A DNA stretch of 63,313 nucleotides, filler included, from Octopus bimaculoides (GCF_001194135.2; 4 parts of 4 records of this genome joined end to end with filler, not necessarily neighbours in it); one strand, 5' to 3'; positions 23,884-37,086 are shown, numbered from the whole stretch's first letter. The notes: generated from the letters alone by a model not told the origin. Program-made: numbers and translations.

Positions 23884-24936
23884 CTTGAACACACACACGC
23901 ACACACGCACACACACACACACACACATACATAATATATATATACCCCTGGAAGATTTTCCCCTCACATCTCTGAAAAGGTGGTTTACAAAACCACCTTT
24001 TATCATATACAAAGTAATTTTACGTAAGAATGAAAAGGAAAAACGAGTAGTTATTGGCGGCTAGATTGGCGGGTGGATAGGTAGTTAGGCGGGTGGCTGG
24101 AGTGATTGGCGATGTACAAATTAGCGCGTTTCGGGTGTGGTGAGTTTTAAAGTCTCCACCACTNNNNNNNNNNNNNNNNNNNNNNNNNNNNNNNNNNNNN
24201 NNNNNNNNNNNNNNNNNNNNNNNNNNNNNNNNNNNNNNNNNNNNNNNNNNNNNNNNNNNNNNNNNNNNNNNNNNNNNNNNNNNNNNNNNNNNNNNNNNNN
24301 NNNNNNNNNNNNNNNNNNNNNNNNNNNNNNNNNNNNNNNNNNNNNNNNNNNNNNNNNNNNNNNNNNNNNNNNNNNNNNNNNNNNNNNNNNNNNNNNNNNN
24401 NNNNNNNNNNNNNNNNNNNNNNNNNNNNNNNNNNNNNNNNNNNNNNNNNNNNNNNNNNNNNNNNNNNNNNNNNNNNNNNNNNNNNNNNNNNNNNNNNNNN
24501 NNNNNNNNNNNNNNNNNNNNNNNNNNNNNNNNNGGGGGGGTGTATGTCTGTGCAAGTGTGTAATTATCTATGTATGGTTATATATGCATATATATAATCC
24601 TAGCTGTATATATGTATGTAAATATATATTATATACATACCTTACTGAATGTGTACTCACACACTTATACACATACATATACACACACATGCGCGCACGC
24701 ACACGCGCGCATACACCTTCATACAAAAAAAAAATCACATAAACATATACGCAGTTGTATAAAATAATTATACATCCATATATATAAATATATGCAATAG
24801 TATGAAACCATATATATACTTACAACCATCTATATGTGAATTTGCATACGTGTGTGTGTGTGTGTGTGCGTGCGTAAATGTAAAATGTATATATGACTAT
24901 ATCTACAAATATAATTGCTATTTATGTACATCTGTA

Positions 24937-25036
24937 NNNNNNNNNNNNNNNNNNNNNNNNNNNNNNNNNNNNNNNNNNNNTTAATTAATTAANNNNNNNN
25001 NNNNNNNNNNNNNNNNNNNNNNNNNNNNNNNNNNNN
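24937..25036. other. Synthetic scaffold-join spacer (44 N + TTAATTAATTAA + 44 N)
   Basis: Second instance of the 100-bp linker. Confidence 0.92.
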
Positions 25037-25489
25037 TTATATTTATATATTTATATATTTGATCCTTTATATTGAACACTCAATATTTCATCTACATTCA
25101 ATACTTTCTTTCATGGTGCCATCCATTTTTATTTTATTTTATTTTATATTGTATATTGTATATTATATTATATATTATATATTGTATATTCCATATTCTA
25201 TACCCCACATTAGTTCTGCAGGAATATAAGTAAAACATAAAAAACAGACAGTGTTGGAACTCTTTTAAACAAAATAATATATATATATATATATACGAAT
25301 ACGAATAATTTTCATTTCCCTGTTTTGTTTTGTTTTTGTTTTTTTGTTATGTTTTGATTTTGTATTTTTTTTTTTATTAAGTCTTTCCTTATTTATTTCT
25401 GCTGTCAAAATAACTATTTAAAAACAAAAATGAAGTAAGTTGAGGTTTTATGACAGGAGCCGAAATTTAATCAGAAAGGAATGTAAACT

Positions 25490-25730
25490 GCTTGCAATAT
25501 CAACCAAGCATTTGGTTACTGGACAAGTGCAGCAATGGCTCAAAAGCTTTCGTTGTAGAGACGAGAGCCTCGAAAATGAGGAAGACGTGTGTGAGCTTCT
25601 ATGATTGACAACAAACGAAGGGCTTTCAGGCTTTCGTTAAATTGGAGCCGCGTAAAACAACTGAAGATGTTTGAAAGGAAACAAAAATCCGGAAGTAGAG
25701 AGATTGGCATGGCTGATGCCTTATATCGGG
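25490..25730 (+). mobile_element. Highly decayed mariner transposase N-terminal fragment
   Basis: Translation fragments CNINQAFG, QQWLKSFRCRDESLENEE and AFVKLEPRKTT align to the same region of the 11589 mariner. Confidence 0.55.
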
Positions 25731-26039
25731 AATCCCTAACTTCTGGACTGAAGATCATTTGGATACTGGACCACACAGAAACAACTAAAAGATTAATAGA
25801 GTAATAAAATATTTTATCTCATATTAGTTGGAATTTAACAGTCGTTTAATTTTGGATCTCAAACCAGAGTTCTGGAACTGCTGTCTTGTGAAATTAGAAT
25901 CATTGGCATAAACTAGTCGAGTGAAATTTGCAGCTCAGCATTTTATATTGCAGAAAATAGCTTTATAAAAGTTTATTTTAAACTAAGAAGTAAAACTTTA
26001 TAGAAGAACAACACGCTTTGAAGAGTTCAATCAAGCAAA

Positions 26040-26190
26040 TCGTCCCCACAGTATGTACTTTTTAAAATATTACAACTTAGTCTATTTCTATCAGTCTTTT
26101 TCTCGAACCGTTAATTTGCGGAGGTATAAATGAACCAACACCGGTTGTCAAATTGTGATGGGAGACAAACACAAAGACACACACACACTC
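26040..26190 (-). mobile_element. CORE-like SINE 3' fragment
   Basis: TTCTATCAGTCTTTTTCTCGAACCG...CCAACACCGGTTGTCAA matches the corresponding part of the 23485 copy. Confidence 0.55.
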
Positions 26191-26221
26191 ATATATACAT
26201 ATACATATATATATATATATG

Positions 26222-26658
26222 AATTGATAGAGGGGAAATTCTGAAGCTTGGATTTTTGTTATTGGCGCAAATGCCGATGTGTTGGCTGAATGCTATTTTT
26301 CTGGGTTATTTTGAATTTTGATCTGGGATCTGTGCAGAGCCATACTTTGACGTAGACTGTTTTTTGTTTGGCCTATGTATTGCTCTTGACACCCAAAGCA
26401 GGTTAGTGCGTATATCAGGGTCTCAGAAGCACATGTGAAGCTGCTTTTCACTGTGAAACGTTGTCCCTGTTTGAAGGAGAACGCTGATCCCTCAATTAAA
26501 TTGACGCATATCCCACAGTTGGGTCTTCCGCATTTCCTTACTGACGGCTTCAGTGTTGAGACTTTTCATAGATTTGGGCTGTCTCTTGCTTTTTATGATG
26601 GTCTGTGTTTTGAGGATTGTGTGATCCTTTTTTTGCAGGGGAATATTTTGAAGGATGT
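26222..26658 (-). mobile_element. Penelope-like element, linker plus GIY-YIG endonuclease fragment
   Basis: The minus strand reads KCGRPNCGICVNL...FTCASETLIYALTCFGCQEQYIGQTKNSLRQSMALHRSQI. It has a Cys-rich linker and the IY..TC..C...YIGQT...R...H signature. It is cut by a gap at 26659. Confidence 0.88.
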
Positions 26659-27054
26659 NNNNNNNNNNNNNNNNNNNNNNNNNNNNNNNNNNNNNNNNNN
26701 NNNNNNNNNNNNNNNNNNNNNNNNNNNNNNNNNNNNNNNNNNNNNNNNNNNNNNNNNNNNNNNNNNNNNNNNNNNNNNNNNNNNNNNNNNNNNNNNNNNN
26801 NNNNNNNNNNNNNNNNNNNNNNNNNNNNNNNNNNNNNNNNNNNNNNNNNNNNNNNNNNCTATTATATTTTATATATGATATATAATACAAGAAAATGATC
26901 ATCAGAGACCATTATCGATTTGCCAAAATAGGTTGAGATGGTTAAAGATTATGTATATAAGTATGTATATGTGTATGAATATATGAATGTAAATAAGAAT
27001 GTATGTGTATGCATGTGTTTTTAAGTGCGTATTTTTGTATGGGTGTTTGTATAG

Positions 27055-27094
<40 letters not shown>

Positions 27095-27502
27095 GCACAC
27101 ACATGACTAATTATTTATACGAAGACATATTAATATATATTTAATAACATTTAATTATTAGTCTCGACGTGAAATTAGACCGTATGTTATTCGGTAGCTT
27201 CAAACGAGCATCGACTAAAATTACATTGTCTTTCTTACGATTCACCAGAGGTCGTTTGTGTGAGTCTGCAAAACTGCTGAATGGAGCATCTGGTATTTTA
27301 ATAATTTGAAATACAAGCAAGTCTGTCTCTGTCTGTCTCCCTCTTTCTCTCTCTCTACTCTCTCCCTCTGTCTTGCTTTCTCTTTCTCCCCCTCTCTGTC
27401 TATATATATATATTATATCCTAGTATGTTGGATGTAGGTATGTAATGAAGCTGTGGGAGTGAAGTAGGGGAAGAAAGTATGTACACGACGCACTACTATT
27501 AC

Positions 27503-28860
27503 TGTTACACGAGATTCAACGCTCTCAATCACGGCTCACATTGAACTGCTTACCAACCTAAACTGACAATCGCTCACAGTTCTTTGTTTTATAACAATGA
27601 GTCAATTCGCCTTTAGTAACTTCGGGGGTGGTCGGAATCCTTCCACAAATATCTCCCCTTTTTAGTATTCGTCTCCGCTCACTTCTCCTTCTTTGCGAAT
27701 TGAATTTCGCTCAGAGTTTTAATATCTCTTAGGCTTAAGGTTCAATTCCAGTGCTTCTGTTCATTTCCGTTTTCTGGTGCTAGAACGTGTAGTTTCAAAT
27801 TGTGCGTGTGTTGGTACTTCAAACGTGTCGTACAATACCTCCATGGGGATTTACTTTCTCGTGACTGTTCTTTCCGTGAATATTTTCTTAAGCCGGTAGA
27901 TATGTCTTTTACGTTCGAAATTTTTTTCCTTTTACCAGAAATAACATACTTCCAATTGGTTCAATAATTATACCGTCCTCCCAGCTTTCTTTACCTTATC
28001 TATAGGTTTTAAAAAAAGAAAAAACTTTGATACCCAACTTGAAGAATTTTGAAGTAATTTTGCTGATTCCCTTTTCTTTTGAATTTTCACTCGATATCAG
28101 ATTATCAAAGACGGATCTGACTTTTCTAGCAAACATCAATTCTGCGGGTGACATTCTCGACAGCGTATTCGGATTAGGTGTTACTCGATACACTCTTAGA
28201 AATTGTTGCAGTGTAAGACCGTCCATAACTTCGCTGTTGTCCTTTTCATCGCCCTCTTAAAAGTGTCAATAAAACTCTCCGTTTGTCCATTTGACCTAGG
28301 ACGATAGGGAGGAGTGATGACATATTCGCTGACGAACATTTTACAAAATTTTCTGAACTCGGCTGACGTAAATTGAGTTCAATAATCAGACACAATGGTT
28401 AGGAAAACCATACTTGGCGTACAATTCATGTAAAAAACTTATGGTAACTGAAGATGTCGGTTTTTTACATTTATGCACTCTCGGTCACTTTGAAAAACTG
28501 TCCACCACGACAAGGTACTATGAACTATTAAGTGGACCTGCTTAATCAACATGCAGCCTGGCCCATGGAACATTTGCTTTATGCCACGATTTCCATTTAG
28601 TAGTAGGTGATTTTGCAGTTAAAGCGCACCCTTTGCATGCTTTCACCGATTCTTCATTGTCACGGTCCATTGTTGGCTAGTATACATGACTTCTCATTAA
28701 CGATTTTATTCTCGAAATCCCTGGTTGACCAATATGAAATTCCTTTAACGATCGCTTTCGTAGTGCGGCTGACACTACGACCCTTTGTGCATACATCAAT
28801 ACAACCGCCTACACCTGGATATGTCTCCATAAACAATAACACTCGATGAGCCATGTTGTC
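27503..28860 (-). mobile_element. Gypsy (Ty3) LTR retrotransposon, integrase to 3' end, decayed
   Basis: The minus strand reads KEFHIGQPGISRIKSLMRSHVY*P...ACKGC (zinc finger), PWARLHVD*AGP...YLVVVDSFSK, TIVSD..TQFTSAEF, RSNGQTESF and SPAELMFARKVRS. A PPT-like AAAAGGGGAGA lies at 27662-27652, followed by a candidate short LTR ending TGTAACA at 27503. Confidence 0.88.
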
Positions 28861-29895
28861 CGGTTCCTGATTTGAATGGCTTTGCCAAGTGGTGCCATTA
28901 AGTTAGACACGGCTTGGGCCAATACTGGCCGAAACCTATCAAAGTATGTATGTGTGTGTGTGTGTGTATATATANNNNNNNNNNNNNNNNNNNNNNNNNN
29001 NNNNNNNNNNNNNNNNNNNNNNNNNNNNNNNNNNNNNNNNNNNNNNNNNNNNNNNNNNNNNNNNNNNNNNNNNNNNNNNTATAGATAGATAGATAGATAG
29101 ATAGAGAGATAAATAGATAGATAGATAGATAGATAGATTCTTTTCTAATGGTTTCAGTCGAAGTACTGCAGTCATGCTGCAAAACCGCTTGAACTTATTT
29201 TCTATCGTTTTTCTTGTTTCATGGCAGGAAGTTGGTCTATGATTGAGTTTCTAGCAGCTGATCTTCCCTGAGATTATCATTGAATGTTAGACTGGTCTGA
29301 TATCGTTGTTAGTTCATCATATGTTGTTTTTTTCTGTCTTTTTTTTTCACGTCGCAGTAGACAGATTACCTTACGTCTAATTTCTATGTTGGTTGGATGG
29401 ATAATTGTTATTTAGGGCAGTATTTCACAACTAAATGCGCTTCCTTTTCACCGAAACTGACCTCTTTTCAAATGAAGGATTACGAATAATTGTGTGTACG
29501 TGCGTGTGTGTGTGTGTGTGTGCGTGTGTGTACGGGTGTGTACGGGTACGTATGTGTGTGTGTATGTATCTGTGTGTGCATGTGTGTATGTGTGCACACC
29601 TGTATCTATGTGCGTGTTTGCATGAATGTGCTTGTCATCGTGTACATAGATATAATTTACATATAAATTTGTTTACATATAAATCCAATGAAGGAAGTTT
29701 ATCTGAAAGATCGAGTGTTGATACTGAAACGGCTTATAACGTGGAAGTGGAGTGGTGTGGAGTGGGGTGGGATCTATAGTTGGATCTATAATGTAAGACG
29801 GCTTTGTGTCGTATAAGTAAGTTGTAATGTATTGTTGTATTGTGTAACGTTGTATAGTTAGTATGGTAAAAATAAATTTAGTATACTATAATATA

Positions 29896-29999
29896 AGGTG
29901 TGGCTGTATGGTAAGAAGTTTAGTACCCGTCATATGGTCCCTGGATCAGTCCGATTGCATGTCACCTTAGGCAAACTATCTTCTACTATAGCCTCGGGA
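29896..29999 (+). mobile_element. CORE-like SINE head, truncated at the Tx1-like element
   Basis: GGTGTGGCTGTATGGTAAGAAG...CACCTTAGGCAAACTATCTTCTACTATAGCCTCGGG matches 13454-13553, then similarity stops abruptly. Confidence 0.72.
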
Positions 30000-31074
30000 A
30001 CTCGTCACTGGTTTTTCTGTGTTTTGCTTAGCTCCTCACGGGGCCATATTCGGCCTACCAAATAAGTTCGGTGGGTGTGTAATCATTGCAATTCAACAAG
30101 GTGGCGGAGCGCATCTTGAAAGAGTTGAGGAAAAAAAAAACTGTCCCTCCTGAAAAAAATGGCTTCAACGCTGAAGCTTTCCCTCCTCTTCCTTCCGGTA
30201 CTGACCACATTAAAGGAGAGGGGGCAGTTCAAAGTCCACCTCGTAGTAGCAGGTATGAAAACATTGGCAACAGCAGTGACGGTAATAATAGCAGCGACGG
30301 CCGCGGCAGTAGCAGTAGTCGTAGTCGTAGTAGTGTTAGCGACGCAATTCAGAACACAATTGAATGCGGTGATGGAGGTGTGGAGAGTGGACACGGTGGA
30401 AGCGGTCACAACTTCACCACCATTGGCGCATTCGGTCGAAAGCTTTTGATAGGGTCAACTACCAATACCTGGAGGATGGTCTCGCAGCAGTGGGTTTCGA
30501 TCCCGTTTTCAGAGGTTGGATTGGTGCAACGTACAACCACATCTGTTCGGTGGTCAAAGCAAACGGCCACCTATTGGAATCGTTTAACATCGCTCGTTCG
30601 TTCCGTCAAAGATGCCCACTCTCGCCTCTTCTGTACGTAGTGGCTTTTGAACCATTGCTACGGAAGCTGTATGTTTCGAGGGCCATCTCGCGTGATCTAA
30701 GATGTGGAAGGTTTGTGTCAGGTTATGCAGACAACGTCACCGTAATAGTGTCGGATATCTGGGAAATCGAGGTGGTCGGCACTGCTCTAAGTGAGTACGA
30801 AGCGGTGGCAGGAGCAAAGATCAACCAGGAGAAGTCGATGGGCCTGCAGCTCGGCACCTGGAGAGGCAGGTAAATACCAACCGACAGCGGTGTAGAGCGT
30901 GACCAGGAAGTGTGAAGTACCTGGTTGGCCTGAGCGGAACTCCGACCATTGGAGCATTTTGCTGTTTCTTTTTTGTTGTTTTTGACTGTTTTGTTTTTAT
31001 TGTTTACACGTTTTCTGTTTTAAACCCCACTTGTCCCTGGTTTGTATTGTCCCCTAGATGTTTTTGTGCTCGGC
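30000..31074 (+). mobile_element. Tx1/L1-clade non-LTR element derivative: 5' UTR/ORF1-like start, RT core, then 3' UTR
   Basis: The RT segment at ~30435-30900 reads KAFDRVNYQYL...GFDPVFRGWI...RQRCPLSPLLYVVAFEPLLRKL...SGYADNVTVIV...GAKINQEKSMGLQLGTWRG. The upstream low-complexity ORF (30086 onward) and the T-rich downstream segment are read as ORF1 start and 3' UTR by inference. Confidence 0.8.
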
Positions 31075-31172
31075 CTTCTTCTTCTTCTTCTTCTTCTTCT
31101 TCTTCTTCTTCTTCTTCTTCTTCTTCTTCTTCTTCTTCTTCTTCTTCTTCTTCTTCTTCTTCTTCTTCTTCT
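31075..31172. repeat. (CTT)n microsatellite abutting the Tx1-like 3' end
   Basis: About 33 perfect units running into an N gap. Confidence 0.95.
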
Positions 31173-32419
31173 NNNNNNNNNNNNNNNNNNNNNNNNNNNN
31201 NNNNNNNNNNNNNNNNNNNNNNNNNNNNNNNNNNNNNNNNNNNNNNNNNNNNNNNNNNNNNNNNNNNNNNNNNNNNNNNNNNNNNNNNNNNNNNNNNNNN
31301 NNNNNNNNNNNNNNNNNNNNNNNNNNNNNNNNNNNNNNNNNNNNNNNNNNNNNNNNNNNNNNNNNNNNNNNNNNNNNNNNNNNNNNNNNNNNNNNNNNNN
31401 NNNNNNNNNNNNNNNNNNNNNNNNNNNNNNNNNNNNNNNNNNNNNNNNNNNNNNNNNNNNNNNNNNNNNNNNNNNNNNNNNNNNNNNNNNNNNNNNNNNN
31501 NNNNNNNNNNNNNNNNNNNNNNNNNNNNNNNNNNNNNNNNNNNNNNNNNNNNNNNNNNNNNNNNNNNNNNNNNNNNNNNNNNNNNNNNNNNNNNNNNNNN
31601 NNNNNNNNNNNNNNNNNNNNNNNNNNNNNNNNNNNNNNNNNNNNNNNNNNNNNNNNNNNNNNNNNNNNNNNNNNNNNNNNNNNNNNNNNNNNNNNNNNNN
31701 NNNNNNNNNNNNNNNNNNNNNNNNNNNNNNNNNNNNNNNNNNNNNNNNNNNNNNNNNNNNNNNNNNNNNNNNNNNNNNNNNNNNNNNNNNNNNNNNNNNN
31801 NNNNNNNNNNNNNNNNNNNNNNNNNNNNNNNNNNNNNNNNNNNNNNNNNNNNNNNNNNNNNNNNNNNNNNNNNNNNNNNNNNNNNNNNNNNNNNNNNNNN
31901 NNNNNNNNNNNNNNNNNNNNNNNNNNNNNNNNNNNNNNNNNNNNNNNNNNNNNNNNNNNNNNNNNNNNNNNNNNNNNNNNNNNNNNNNNNNNNNNNNNNN
32001 NNNNNNNNNNNNNNNNNNNNNNNNNNNNNNNNNNNNATATATATATATATATATATACATACATAGAAAGAGAAAGACAGCAAGTGAGAGAGAGAGATAT
32101 ATATATAAAAACATGTATGCATGTATATTGCATACATTATATACACACATATATGTTTATATATTATAACATAGGTACATAGGACCCCACAAACTAAGAC
32201 ACATACACACACACACACACTCTCGTACACATACATATTAGACGATCGGATGAAAAAGTGCGAATCACCTTCAATTCGGTGGAATAGAGTAGTGTGACCT
32301 TTTCTGTGAACTGTTAACAAAATTACAAAGAAATTGGTTGTAGGTCATATCAAGTAAAACTATATTTAACTACGTTTCATTCTTACATACGCATATAAGT
32401 GTCGACGACACATGAAAGC

Positions 32420-32595
32420 CCGCAACTACACACATATATATATAGACACACAGACACAAACATACTCACACACACATTGATGCATACACATATGCACACA
32501 CGCACATACACACATAGATACACACATATATATATGTACTCATAGATATATATGTGTGTGTGTGTTTTTATATATATGTATGTGTGTCCGTATAT

Positions 32596-32630
<35 letters not shown>

Positions 32631-32823
32631 CTGTATACATATATACATATATACATATATATATATAAATATATATATATATAAATAAACGTACATACAC
32701 ATATACCCACATGCATGTATATGTATATATATATATGTACACATATATACATATATACATACATATATCCCCACATGCATGTGTTTACACACATACACTT
32801 ATAAGGCTATATATATATATGTA

Positions 32824-32864
<41 letters not shown>

Positions 32865-32910
32865 ATATATATATAGAAAGATAGATAGATTAATAGATAG
32901 ATATATATAT
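32420..32910. repeat. Long compound CA/TA/TG/GATA low-complexity tract
   Basis: Directly visible alternating purine-pyrimidine repeats. Confidence 0.9.
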
Positions 32911-33595
32911 ATCCATTTCCAAGTAAGTATATCTTCACCTTATAATGCCGCTCTCTACTCTATACTGTTCCCTTCCTCCAACATTCTCTAATTCCTTTTT
33001 CTTCCCTCCTTCCTTCACCATTTTCTATTTGTCTCTCTCTCTCCCCTCTTTCTCTTTTTTCTCTTTCCCTCTCGTTGTTCACACATGACCGTCGTCCATC
33101 TTTCTTTTCTTCACGTGATCATCTTTCTTTTCCTGAACGGACGTTCAAACGAACGGACGTGTTTTTCTCTCTCACTTCTATCTTTTCTCCTTTCGAAAAA
33201 AAAAAAAAAAAATTCTCCCAGCGTTCACTATCTTCCCCTTGTTCTGGTCTAACGACCCTGCATGTTCATTTTCGTTCTGGTTACCAACTTTGACCCTCCA
33301 CAAATCCTAAATTTTAGGAATTTATGAGGGCAACTGTTTTTGAAGACTCATATGCTCGTTGAATGTGTAGATAGACAGGCGACAACTGATGAAGGCCCCT
33401 TGTCTGTATTAACTTGTCCCGTTTTCCCTTTTTTCTCGTTGTTTACGAATTTCACTCGTTTTTCCTTCGTATGTTTACGTATTTCATGTTATTTGCACCG
33501 ATCGTGATGTTCGGTATCCATATATGCACGTATGTATGTATATATATTTATATATGTATATATATTTATATTATATATTATTTCTTATTTCTTAT

Positions 33596-33658
<63 letters not shown>

Positions 33659-33758
33659 NNNNNNNNNNNNNNNNNNNNNNNNNNNNNNNNNNNNNNNNNN
33701 NNTTAATTAATTAANNNNNNNNNNNNNNNNNNNNNNNNNNNNNNNNNNNNNNNNNNNN
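33659..33758. other. Synthetic scaffold-join spacer (44 N + TTAATTAATTAA + 44 N)
   Basis: Third instance, flanked by (CA)n on the left and (TG)n on the right. Confidence 0.92.
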
Positions 33759-33834
<76 letters not shown>

Positions 33835-35482
33835 ATGCTTACTTTCAAATATGATACCCTCACACATACATAGATATTGAAATGAATTCTCGTCAGCATT
33901 TGAATGCTCCTGACATAAAATGTATTAACATTAATTCCCTATATGCACATATACATGCGCGCGTATGTAAAGAATTAATTTTGATTGCATGTAATAATTT
34001 AGTAGTTAATCTGTCATTTGCTAAGAAAACAGTGTGTAGGCATGTCAGCTTTGATAACCATTTTCTCAGATTAGGAAGTGTCACAAAGGAAATACAGTTT
34101 CTGCAGTTGTAATTGAGATTTTGTTTTATACAAAGACTCTTCTGTATCCCTAACACACTTGCATATTTATTTACATTTATCCGCATTCTCGTACATCTAT
34201 GAACACATATAAATATATACATGTATGTATATGTGATTGTATATACGTATGGATATAAGTATACAATTTTGCTTAAAAATACATGTATGCTCTTGGCAGA
34301 TATACACATATCGGATGACTTAGTTTAATAAAGTTTTCCGGCAGTGCTTAGTCTATGTCTCTGTGTGCTAGCTCATAAACACGTATCTTAAGTTTACTTG
34401 CGCTATCATTTCATTATTACCAATGAACACACGCACACACACACACACACGCACATATTTTGTCGGTGAGGGTACCCATTTACTTGTTCCATTTAGCCTT
34501 CGTTCGTGCTTTTGCTTGTTCGTCTTTATATATGATATTCGTTATCTCCTCAGTGATTTCATAAATTAAATATAATAAGGACGTTGTTTTTAAAAAGCTA
34601 GTTATATGTCAGAAACATTAGTATCCGCACTAGCAAACTCAATTTAGTGTCCATTTTACTGGAGAATTGCATAATCCTAACTGCGCAATTGCTTCAACAT
34701 CTGCAGTGCAGTTTACTGCTGTATTATATATGTATTTATGAATAACGAATATGTGTGGGTGCCATTATGAATGCTGAGTCATCCATGTAATGTGTTATTA
34801 ACGTTTATGTTATGTATAAAGGCTAAATATTTATCTGCTGAGGTGAGGACGATTGCATTTGTGAAGACGGAAATGGAGAGCACATTAGTATCTTGAATGT
34901 ATTTAATACATGTACGGATGTGCGTATGTATATAAGATTCAGTCTTACCAAGTACCTGTGTGTATATGGGTTTCTGTATCCGAGTAGATGAATGGCAGCG
35001 GGTATTTAATTATACGTATACGCATATCCGGCTTTATTAATCAGTTCTCTTATAGAATAAAAATATTTCTTAGCATCTTATTTATTTTAAAATGCTTGTA
35101 AACAAACACGATGGGATTTATCTGGTTTTATATTTAACGCCCAAAGTTCTCAATTGCTAACGTGTGTTTGCTTTTTCAGAGTTCGTCAGCGTAATTTCCA
35201 AATTTAAACACTTCAAGTGGCATAATTGTGCAGCCATGGAAATCAGATTCGTTGAGGGCAGAAAACAAATTTTCAAGCAATATTTCTTTATTAACACATT
35301 AGTATGATCCTACATATCTTTTGCGTCACGCCAATGGAAAGTAACACGAATGAGTAACAAAGTAATCAATTGTTGGTTATAATTATACAGGTAGAGGCGG
35401 CAGCGGGGTCTTTGCCCTCATAGTGTTGCAAGTACACCAATACAGAGTAAAAGAGGAATGGAAAAATATAGATATGTAAAGA

Positions 35483-35515
<33 letters not shown>

Positions 35516-36603
35516 CATGAGAGAGAGACACAAGATTGATATTCAAAAAAAGACAGAAAACAGGAGGGAAAGGCGAGAGACAGTGAACACTTTAGAGAAA
35601 ACAAATAGAAAATAGAAAATAAGACTTGATAGCAGTAAATGATGATGGGCTGGTGGTGGTTACAATATTTATTGTGACAGAAGTTGTTTGTTGTGGTTGG
35701 TTGTTATGTTTGCCTTGATGGTGACAACAACATTACTAAACGACAATTAGTTGCACTAAATCATACTATACATTTTGTAACTTAAATCTACTCTGCACAC
35801 ACAGCTCCTTTCATACAATCATCAGCATCGCCAACGTTAAGTAACACTCTGCCGACATTATTACCATAACAAACTATTACAGTTCCCAATGTCTGTATAT
35901 ATGTACTTGTTTGTGTGTTTGTATAACTGTGTGTGTTTGTGTGTGAGTGTGTGTGTGTCATAGCCTCCACTTCTTTCTTCCGCTTCTCAATCTCTAACAC
36001 AAAACAAATACAGTTCTCCATTTTCTCAAGCAAAGCGTATACGTTTTCCATGGTTTCGCTCGTTTATTTCATAAGGCAAATGAAAAGGCAATTCAGGTGT
36101 TTTGAATATATATGACTTATCCTTATTCCTTTAGCTCGCACTTTTTGCTTTGCTCATCTTAAAGCTTAAGCTCCTAGCTTACAGGAAGAGTACAACCTTT
36201 TCTCTGCGTGATGCTACACCCTACAAGGGACAGACAATTGTAAACGTAAAATTGGGAAAAATATAGGAAAAAATAATCTTGCTTTGATCGCTATGACTTC
36301 GTATTAAAAGAATAACAAAAATCCTTTAAGTGGATTCGTCACAGTTATATTCACCACCAGCCGTGACTGCAGAACTAAAAGTATTCAGTATGTTGAAAAT
36401 TTAACGTGGTAAATACGAAAAGGATATGCAACTCGAATAATAGAGCATTCACTAAATAGGAAATGGTGAACCATGACAAATATTCACTTGTTCATGAAAT
36501 TTGGTTTTTCAAATTTTGTAAGGAAGGAAATCGAAAAATCAGATATAATGAAAATACTTAACTTAGCCTGGATTTCTATCGCCTTTATGTATTCACAGCG
36601 ATG

Positions 36604-36645
<42 letters not shown>

Positions 36646-37054
36646 CACACACACACACACACACACATAAAAACGCAATTTCTGTGTGCGTTTGTATTGT
36701 ATATGAATTATAATACCGGAACAATTATAAACATACGTCTATTTATGTCGAACAAATGAGAAAAAACTGCTCAATACATATAGTGGATTATATGTCTTTT
36801 TTTTATTGTAACTGAAGTTGATGCTTGTGTCGGGACTGAAGTTTTATGCCAATGTGATCTTCATGTGATGTTATCTAATGTTGCGGATGTAGCAAAGTAA
36901 AACATACCGAACTCTTTTACAGACTACTATCATTAGAAAAGATTGTATGAGTGACAATAGTTTACAAATTGTCAATTGCCTGTAATTTAGTTTAATTCCA
37001 TGCAGTTGAATGGAAATACTCTTGCATATTTCTCTGATGTGCAGTAAAAGCATA

Positions 37055-37086
<32 letters not shown>

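Noticed and set aside
33300-33510. CAACTGATGAAGG followed by a T-rich segment similar to the one after the core at 5462
   Set aside because: No GAAA strand or stem II is found, so it is not called a ribozyme; at most a decayed relative.
35788-35900. Minus-strand peptide GTVIVCYGNNVGRVLLNVGDADDCMKGAVCAE
   Set aside because: The ORF runs out of a CA microsatellite, the acceptor is weak, and no homology is recognised.
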